This document shows positions 57,272-64,000 of a stretch of DNA of 64,000 nt, piece by piece (position 1 is the stretch's first letter; every line of letters begins with the position of its first letter). Source of the DNA: Chitinophagaceae bacterium. Lineage in GTDB: Bacteria > Bacteroidota > Bacteroidia > Chitinophagales > Chitinophagaceae. The stretch spans positions 4,753-68,752 of the forward strand of contig JANOIQ010000027.1 of NCBI GenBank assembly GCA_031407835.1, in the 5' to 3' direction. The notes beneath the pieces are model-generated. The model was not told the DNA's origin and searched no databases. It was given only the letters and a program-made list of their open reading frames with translations. Made by a program: the position numbers and the translations under genes.

Positions 57272-57628
57272 ATGGATCAATTAAACAATCCTTTAGAACA
57301 ACGCTCATTGCCCAATGCAACAGCAGTACTGGTGTTGGGTATTTTATCAATTGTAACCTGTTTTTGTTATGGTGTTATTGGTTTAATACTGGGGATTATT
57401 GCCCTTGTTCTTGCATCTAAAGACAAACGGCTGTTTACAGCGGCACCTGAAGTGTATACAGCAGCAAGTTTTAAAAACCTGAATGCCGGGCGCATATGTG
57501 CCATTATCGGTTTGATTCTTTCTTTATTGTATCTCATCTTTATTGTTGCATTTATTGCCATGATTGGCTATGATGCAATGGGTAACCCTGATGAAATGAT
57601 GAGAAGAATGCAGGAGTTTCAGAAATAA
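57272..57628 (+). CDS. CCC-motif/DUF4190-like membrane protein, copy 3
   Basis: LPNATAVLVLGILSIVTCFCYG...AGRICAIIG. Confidence 0.87.
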   Translation: MDQLNNPLEQRSLPNATAVLVLGILSIVTCFCYGVIGLILGIIALVLASKDKRLFTAAPEVYTAASFKNLNAGRICAIIGLILSLLYLIFIVAFIAMIGYDAMGNPDEMMRRMQEFQK

Positions 57629-57644
57629 TTTAAGTTTATTGAGT

Positions 57645-57677
57645 AAAGCCATTCTGCATTTTGCAGGATGGCTTTTT
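57645..57677 (+). terminator. Intrinsic terminator
   Basis: AAAGCCATTCTGCA-TTT-TGCAGGATGGCTTTTT. Confidence 0.85.
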
Positions 57678-57842
57678 CTTTGCGTTCGTAGTAATTTAAA
57701 ATTGCTGAAACTGATGTATTTAAAAGCAAAGACGGGTTATACCAGTTGGATTTATAAATTAGGCTAAATGTTTCCCGTATAATACCAACAGATATTGAAA
57801 TTTGGCTAATTTGATTAGACCATTTAATATGCTTCGTCGGTA

Positions 57843-58625
57843 TTATTCTTTTGTTGCGAGGTAATTGTAATCAGCAATTAAACGTTCCAGGAAAATATCC
57901 ACTTCCAGATCTGATTCTATCTGTAATACATTTTTAATACGGGCAGCAATGCGGTGAGCGGTTTCATACTTATTGCTTTTAAAGGTTTGTTCAAGTACGG
58001 CTTTGATGGTATTGATATCCCGGTCGCTGAGTTTTAACACCTGTGGAAATTTTACCTGATAATCTTTTTGGGTGATTTCCATAAACACGGTATCATGAAT
58101 GGAACTGTTGATCCTTGTATTTACAATAGCTGTATTGGCAGCTAAATCACCCAGCCGCTGGTTCTTGGCTGTAACGGCAATAATGATCACAACAATAATT
58201 CCAAAAAAACCAACAATGATCAACTGATAAATAATTAAGAGGCCCGGATATACAAATGAAAACACCAATGGCCATTCCCATACCCTGAAAAACCAACGAA
58301 GCAAATACTGGCTGATGCCGGGGTCGCCACCTTCCACACTCATTACCCTGATGCCCATTGCCTTTTTGCCAATGCTCTGTCCGTGAAAAGCAATTTCACA
58401 AATTAAATGATAAAGCAGGAGAGGAAGTGATACAACCAATATATCAACCCCCATTGCAAACTCACCTTCCAGTTGTAAACCATTGTAGAGAAAATACCTG
58501 ATAAAGACAGCATACAAAACAAGAATAGTCAGATCAAGGAAATAAGCCAGTAACCGTTTATAAAACGGGGCGATTTCAAAATCGAGTGAAATATTAAATG
58601 GTGTGCTGATCTGTACGTCTGACAT
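57843..58625 (-). CDS. RDD family membrane protein
   Basis: RLLAYFLD, GQSIGKK, QRLGDLAANT. Confidence 0.92.
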   Translation of the reverse strand: MSDVQISTPFNISLDFEIAPFYKRLLAYFLDLTILVLYAVFIRYFLYNGLQLEGEFAMGVDILVVSLPLLLYHLICEIAFHGQSIGKKAMGIRVMSVEGGDPGISQYLLRWFFRVWEWPLVFSFVYPGLLIIYQLIIVGFFGIIVVIIIAVTAKNQRLGDLAANTAIVNTRINSSIHDTVFMEITQKDYQVKFPQVLKLSDRDINTIKAVLEQTFKSNKYETAHRIAARIKNVLQIESDLEVDIFLERLIADYNYLATKE

Positions 58626-58730
58626 ACGGTTGTTTACGTTTGTAAAATAAAGGAATATTTTCTTGCGGGCTGGCTGTAAACGAAGTATTTAAAATAATTT
58701 TCAATTTGAATGTGATTTGCTCATAATAGT

Positions 58731-58989
58731 ATTGTTGCCGGGAAGGCGGTAAGTAGAGAAGAAACTGATCGTTACTTTTCGATGCTTTCCGGCTCACCGC
58801 CTTCCCGGCGGCTGTTTCCGAATTCACTTTTAACACAACCTCAAAGCAGTGTCAGTGAAAAAACAAAATTCATTCACCAGAATTAAAAATTGTTGCCGGG
58901 AATGTGGTAAGTAGGGAAGAAACTGATCGTTACTTTTCGATGCTTTCCGGCTTACCGTCTTCCCGGCAAGAGTTTCTGGATTCACTTTT
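58731..58989. repeat. Tandem duplicate of a ~100-bp long-hairpin element (58731-58831, 58889-58989)
   Basis: Direct repeat with 158-bp period; each copy is self-complementary (GCCGGGAAGGCGGT...ACCGCCTTCCCGGC in copy 1). Confidence 0.85.
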
Positions 58990-58995
58990 TTATCC

Positions 58996-59050
58996 GGACG
59001 GCGGGGGACACCAACCTTGGCTATCGCCGTTGACGGTGTCCCCACCGTCC
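58996..59050. repeat. REP doublet (REPIN-like) hairpin
   Basis: GGACGGCGGGGGACACC...GGTGTCCCCACCGTCC. Confidence 0.7.
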
Positions 59051-59125
59051 ACTTGTTGTAATGAAATATTAAATACCTCCATGCTATTTAAAAATTACTT
59101 GTTATTTTCAATTTTCTGACACACT

Positions 59126-60133
59126 ATGAGAGAAGCACTCTTCATTAAAAAAAATGCGCAGAAGTGGAATGAGTACCAGTATCTGCAAACCGAAGACCCC
59201 GACCAGATGGCCGACCGGTTTATTACACTTCTTGACGATCTGTCGTATGCCAAAACATTTTATCCGCACAGCCGGGTAACCAGGTGGATCAACAGTTTGG
59301 CGGTAAGCATTTATCAAACCATTTACCAGAATAAAAAGCAACGGTTTTCACGGATCATTACATTTTGGCAATATGAATTGCCCCTGATGTTTCGTAAGTA
59401 TCATCGCATGCTGCTGTACACTTTTTTAATTTTTACCGTGTTTTGTGCCATGGCTGTACTTTCTTCCATGAAAGATGACCAGTTTGTAAAAGGAGTATTG
59501 GGCGAAAACTATGTGTCCATGACAGAAGAGAACATTGAAAAAGGCGATCCCTTTGGTGTGTACAGTGACTCCAGCCGCTTTTCGATGTTTGTACGTATAG
59601 CCTTTAACAATATCAAGGTTGGATTTTTAATTGTAGCCAGCGGTATTTTTTTCGGCATAGGAACCATGCTGTTCTTTTTTCAGAACTGCATTATGCTGGG
59701 CAGTTTCCAGTATATGTTTTTCGCCAAAGGATTGGGATGGGAAAGTGTGCTGGTGATCTGGATACATGGCACGCTTGAAATATCCGGAATGATCATTGAA
59801 GCATGTGCAGGTTTTATTTTAGCAAGAAGTATTTTATTTCCCGGCACCTATTCAAGATGGTATTCATTTAAACGGGGAGTAAAGGATGCAATGAAAATTT
59901 GTGTGAGTCTTGTTCCCATTACTATAACGGCAGCTTTCCTGGAAAGTTATATTACCCGTCTCAGCTCCAATGCATTTGATAAAACAACCAATACATCTCT
60001 TCCCGTAGCTGCAAGCATCAGCATCCTGGCTGTATCATTTATTTTTATTGTCTGGTATTTTGTTATCTATCCAATTCTGTTGGAAAAACGAATGCATAAA
60101 GATCCTGAGTGGGCAGCAAAGATCAGGGCATGA
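59126..60133 (+). CDS. Stage II sporulation protein M (DUF95) family membrane protein
   Basis: MREALFIKKN, DLSYAKTFYP, NNIKV, IHGTLE, AAFLESYIT. Confidence 0.9.
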   Translation: MREALFIKKNAQKWNEYQYLQTEDPDQMADRFITLLDDLSYAKTFYPHSRVTRWINSLAVSIYQTIYQNKKQRFSRIITFWQYELPLMFRKYHRMLLYTFLIFTVFCAMAVLSSMKDDQFVKGVLGENYVSMTEENIEKGDPFGVYSDSSRFSMFVRIAFNNIKVGFLIVASGIFFGIGTMLFFFQNCIMLGSFQYMFFAKGLGWESVLVIWIHGTLEISGMIIEACAGFILARSILFPGTYSRWYSFKRGVKDAMKICVSLVPITITAAFLESYITRLSSNAFDKTTNTSLPVAASISILAVSFIFIVWYFVIYPILLEKRMHKDPEWAAKIRA

Positions 60134-60945
60134 GTAAAATGAAACCAGTTGCTGTATTCTTATCACTGTTTTGCAGTTTGTTTTTTTGTGCAGCAGAAGT
60201 AAATGCACAGGAAACAGATACAACGGTTGTTGTGGAAGCTCCAACATCAGTGGCAGATACTGTTTACTCAAATGATGAGGAGGAGGAAACAACCGAAGAA
60301 CAGGAAATCACTGATACAACGTTAACGGTTAATACATGGATGTATCCTGCAGACAGTTTAAAAAGACTGCAGCGCCAGAAAGACTTTGCTTATGTAAAAA
60401 ATTTAGACAGTTTACTGAAAATAAGACAGGACGAATACCTGAAGAATCAACGGGAAATGGAACCTGTTGATACAGCACCAAGAGGCAATGTGTTTCCTGT
60501 TTTTCGATTTTTATTATGGGCAATCGCTATTGGAGTTGTATTGTTTATCGTTTACAGGCTGTTCCTTTCAGAACGTGGATTATTTGCTGCACCAACAAGG
60601 AATAAAACTTTGCAGGTGGAAGAAGAAGCGGTTGCTGATGAAGAATATCTTGAACGCCAGTTAAAAGAAGCTATCCGTAAAGGCAATCACAGGTTTGCCA
60701 TACGATATCTCTATTTGCAAACCTTATCAAAGCTGTCTGATAAAGGATGGTTACAGCTTTCGCCCGATAAAACAAATTATCAGTATGTAAGAGAGCTGAG
60801 CAAGCCGCAATACAGAAATGAATTTGCACGCATTACCCTGCATTATGAATATGCCTGGTATGGCGATTTTACAATTGAAGAAGAAATTTTCAAACCGGTA
60901 AAACAGGAATTTGATCAGTTCCATTTAAAACTTAAACAGAGTTGA
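60130..60945 (+). CDS. DUF4129 domain protein
   Basis: AIRYLYL, KTNYQY, YEYAWYG; ATGA overlap with the upstream gene. Confidence 0.85.
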   Translation: MSKMKPVAVFLSLFCSLFFCAAEVNAQETDTTVVVEAPTSVADTVYSNDEEEETTEEQEITDTTLTVNTWMYPADSLKRLQRQKDFAYVKNLDSLLKIRQDEYLKNQREMEPVDTAPRGNVFPVFRFLLWAIAIGVVLFIVYRLFLSERGLFAAPTRNKTLQVEEEAVADEEYLERQLKEAIRKGNHRFAIRYLYLQTLSKLSDKGWLQLSPDKTNYQYVRELSKPQYRNEFARITLHYEYAWYGDFTIEEEIFKPVKQEFDQFHLKLKQS

Positions 60946-62156
60946 GAAATCTTTTACGATACAGCTTGTTTCTTGTATTGCTTTCAGCAATTGTTTCCTG
61001 CGGCAACAGGAGTGGAGTGAAGCTTCCTGATATGACGCATAGCTATTCGAAGCGGAGTAAAAAACCATTTGGGACCTTTGCTGTTTTCCAGATGCTGAAA
61101 GAAAAATATAAAGGGAACAGTATAGAGTCATTCAGTAAAAGTTTTTATGATAACTGGATCAGTCATCTCGGCGGCACCCGGAGTTTATATGTTGTAGTGA
61201 GTAAAAAAGTATTGCTGAGTGAAAAAGATCTTAATGCAATGCTGCAGTATGTGAACAGTGGCAATCAACTGTTTATTTCAGCAGAATATATTGATGAAAC
61301 ATTGCTTGATACATTGGGTGTAGAAGTGCAGTATTATTCGCTCAGCAGTATGTTCCGGAGCCAGGTTGCTTCCAAAGGCCCGATGCGTTATTCAACTGTT
61401 CAGCTAAGTGACAGCAGTTTGTTTGGCAAACAGCGGTATGGATTTTTCTATTATCCCTTTGATGCAAACTTTGTGCATACCGACAGTATTGGTGCCAGTA
61501 CGCTTGGATTAAATGAAAGCAGTGATCCCAATTATATTTCAGTAGTGTATGGCAAAGGCCGTATTTTCTTTCACCTGCATCCGCAAGCCTTCAGTAATTA
61601 TTTTGTACTCAGCAGGAATAACAAAGAATACATTGAAAAAGCATTCAGTTATACCGCTGCCGACCGGTATGCCGTTTACTGGGATGATTATTACAGGATA
61701 GGCAATGAGCCGAACGAAAGCTTTTCTTCCTTTGCTGTGTTTATGAAATATCCCATGCTCAAATGGGCATTACTCATTGCAATTGCATTGATGCTGCTGT
61801 ACATTGCTTTTGGCAGCAAACGGAAACAGCGGCCTGTACCCGTGAGACAAAAAAATACAAATGCCAGTATTTCATTTGTGGAAACCATTGGAAGATTGTA
61901 CCTGCAGAAAAAAGACAATCACAATATTGCCCATAAGATGATCACTTATTTTATGGAACATATCCGCACACATTATTATCTCAACAGCTCTCAACTGAAT
62001 GCAGAATTCTTTTCTTCACTGGCTAGAAAGACCGGTGTGGAAGAAACAGAAGTGAAAACCTTCTTTCAGATGATCAGTAACTTACAGGAATCGCCTGATA
62101 TAACAGACCAACAGATACTTGAATTAAATAACCGCATGCAAATTTTTCTTAAATAA
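60942..62156 (+). CDS. DUF4350-like membrane protein
   Basis: KPFGT, WDDYY, KRKQRPVP, FVETIGRLY; TTG start. Confidence 0.8.
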   Translation: MRNLLRYSLFLVLLSAIVSCGNRSGVKLPDMTHSYSKRSKKPFGTFAVFQMLKEKYKGNSIESFSKSFYDNWISHLGGTRSLYVVVSKKVLLSEKDLNAMLQYVNSGNQLFISAEYIDETLLDTLGVEVQYYSLSSMFRSQVASKGPMRYSTVQLSDSSLFGKQRYGFFYYPFDANFVHTDSIGASTLGLNESSDPNYISVVYGKGRIFFHLHPQAFSNYFVLSRNNKEYIEKAFSYTAADRYAVYWDDYYRIGNEPNESFSSFAVFMKYPMLKWALLIAIALMLLYIAFGSKRKQRPVPVRQKNTNASISFVETIGRLYLQKKDNHNIAHKMITYFMEHIRTHYYLNSSQLNAEFFSSLARKTGVEETEVKTFFQMISNLQESPDITDQQILELNNRMQIFLK

Positions 62157-62164
62157 TCAACTTC

Positions 62165-63142
62165 ATGGACAATCAATTTTTTCAGCAACGCACCGATCTT
62201 ACGCAGCTCAACAATGCCATCAGCACTATTCGTGAAGCAGTGGGTAAAGTAATTGTAGGGCAGGAGCAGATGGTAGAACTGATGATCGCAGGAATATTGG
62301 CCGATGGTCATATACTTATTGAAGGTGTGCCGGGTGTGGCAAAAACATTATCGGCCAAACTCATGGCCAAACTGATTGATGCAGATTTTTCACGCATTCA
62401 GTTTACACCTGATCTGATGCCGAGTGATGTGCTGGGTACATCCATCTTTAATCCAAAAGAAGCCAGCTTTCAGTTCAGGAAAGGACCACTGTTCAGCAAT
62501 ATTGTTTTGATTGATGAAATTAACCGGGCACCTGCAAAAACACAATCTGCTTTGTTTGAAGTAATGGAAGAACGGCAGATCACTGTTGATGGAACAACTT
62601 ACCAGATGAGTGTTCCGTTTATGGTACTGGCTACACAAAATCCCATTGACCAGGAAGGAACTTACCGTTTACCAGAGGCACAGCTCGATCGTTTTTTATT
62701 TAAGATTGAAGTGGGTTATCCAACACTGGCAGAAGAAGTAATTATTCTTACCAACCAGCACCAGGCCGATAACAGGCATTTGCTCAATGAAATTGTGAAA
62801 GTGCTTTCATCAAGTGAAATTGCTCAATACCGTGAAACAATACGGCAAATTGTTGTTGAACCAAAACTGCTGGAGTTCATTGCCAAGATCGTAAATGAAA
62901 CAAGAAATAATCCATCACTGTTTTTAGGTGCATCACCAAGAGCATCACTGGCCATTGTAAAAGCTTCGAAAGCATTTGCGGCAATGCGTGGACGGGATTT
63001 TATTACACCCGAAGATATTATTGAAGTGGCGCCGCATGTATTGCGTCACCGCATTATCCTTACACCTGAAAAAGAAATGGAAGGTATTACAGCTGATGAA
63101 CTGATTGACCGTATCATTAAATCATTAGAAGTACCGAGATAA
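62165..63142 (+). CDS. moxR: MoxR-family AAA+ ATPase
   Basis: EGVPGVAKT, RIQFTPDLMPSD, DEINRAP, LPEAQLDRF. Confidence 0.96.
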   Translation: MDNQFFQQRTDLTQLNNAISTIREAVGKVIVGQEQMVELMIAGILADGHILIEGVPGVAKTLSAKLMAKLIDADFSRIQFTPDLMPSDVLGTSIFNPKEASFQFRKGPLFSNIVLIDEINRAPAKTQSALFEVMEERQITVDGTTYQMSVPFMVLATQNPIDQEGTYRLPEAQLDRFLFKIEVGYPTLAEEVIILTNQHQADNRHLLNEIVKVLSSSEIAQYRETIRQIVVEPKLLEFIAKIVNETRNNPSLFLGASPRASLAIVKASKAFAAMRGRDFITPEDIIEVAPHVLRHRIILTPEKEMEGITADELIDRIIKSLEVPR

Positions 63143-63143
63143 T

Positions 63144-64000
63144 ATGTTCTGGCTCATTTTACTTTGCGGCGGCGTAGTGTATGTGCTGGCTCAGTTTGTA
63201 CTGAAGACCATGTACATCAGCAATCGATTTTTTGTATTGCTGGGAATTTGCGTACTTGTTTTTTTAACCGCTTTCTTTTTTCCTTTCATGGAACTGGCTG
63301 CAAAGATTTTATTTTTTGTGTTGATGGCAGCTTTTACTGCTGATCTGTTTTTCCTCTTTGCATTGAATCGTAAACCCGACATCGAACGTTATTTACCTGA
63401 ACGGTTGAGTAACGGAGATGAAAACCCGGTGATGATTACGGTGCAGAATAATTATCCGTTTACAGTAAAAACAGAGATCATTGATGAGTTACCGATGCAG
63501 TTTCAGTTACGCACTTTTTCTATTACCCAGTTATTAAAACCCGGACAGGAAAAAGAGTTCAGGTATAAATTACGCCCCATTGAAAGAGGCGAATATCATT
63601 TCGGAAAAGTAAATGTGTACCTGCAATCATTGCTTGGTTTAATTGAGCGAAGGTTTACAGGTGATGAGGAAGAGATGGTGCCGGTGTATCCATCGTTTAT
63701 GCAGATACGCAAATACCAACTGCATGCAGAAGCAGCACAAACAAAAGATGCAGGTAACAGAAGGTTGCGTAAGATCGGCCACAGTATGGAGTTTGAACAG
63801 GTGAAGGAGTACGTGCAGGGCGATGATGTAAGAAAGCTGAACTGGAAAGCAACTGCACGAAAAGGTTCACTCATGATCAATTCCTACACCGATGAAAAAA
63901 GTCAGCAGGTGTATTGTGTAATTGATAAAGGACGGTTGATGAAGATGCCGTTTAATGATCTCACCTTGCTTGATTATGCCATCAATGCAAGTCTCGTAAT
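63144..64000 (+). CDS. DUF58 (vWA-like) protein, runs off the window end and is absent from the ORF track
   Basis: ATG at 63144; RLSNGDEN, RGEY, VYPS, GHSMEFEQVKEYVQGDD, INSYTDEKSQ, IDKGRLM. Confidence 0.92.
   Translation, partial: MFWLILLCGGVVYVLAQFVLKTMYISNRFFVLLGICVLVFLTAFFFPFMELAAKILFFVLMAAFTADLFFLFALNRKPDIERYLPERLSNGDENPVMITVQNNYPFTVKTEIIDELPMQFQLRTFSITQLLKPGQEKEFRYKLRPIERGEYHFGKVNVYLQSLLGLIERRFTGDEEEMVPVYPSFMQIRKYQLHAEAAQTKDAGNRRLRKIGHSMEFEQVKEYVQGDDVRKLNWKATARKGSLMINSYTDEKSQQVYCVIDKGRLMKMPFNDLTLLDYAINASLV

Noticed and set aside
58731-58989. Possible CRISPR array
   Set aside because: Only two units of ~100 bp, too long for CRISPR repeats, and no cas genes
58594-59119. Small ORFs with repeated peptides (VSRKASKSNDQF)
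   Set aside because: They are translations of the duplicated hairpin element
59126-60133. Sporulation function
   Set aside because: SpoIIM is only a family name; there is no sporulation context

Overview
Bacteroidota DNA, probably Chitinophagaceae-like (inferred from protein families and TAnnTTTG promoters), in two parts. Positions 1-44.2 kb hold one co-oriented polysaccharide utilisation locus (PUL): the end of a LacI regulator, three SusC/SusD pairs, a heparinase II/III-like lyase, an alginate-lyase-family protein, GH88, two GH97s with non-canonical catalytic motifs, GH43_24, a second GH43, GH127/146, GH39, a GH28/GH49-like beta-helix, a double serine-hydrolase fusion, a ROK kinase, an MFS sugar porter, DUF4861 and three unassigned secreted proteins. 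The PUL carries gene scars (GH88 fragment, kduD fragment, cupin pseudogene) and ends near the 3' end of tRNA-Leu(CAG). Positions 44.8-64 kb are core-type genes: dapD, GT4, CCA-adding enzyme, miaA, FadL-like OMP plus lipoprotein, proS, DUF2752 with three tandem membrane paralogues, and the RDD/SpoIIM/DUF4129/DUF4350/MoxR/DUF58 cluster. This part contains GC-rich REP-like palindromes, one apparently inserted in frame in the CCA-adding enzyme, and a tandemly duplicated ~100-bp hairpin. No CRISPR array, integrase or transposase was seen. All family calls come from motif recognition by eye, not database searches.
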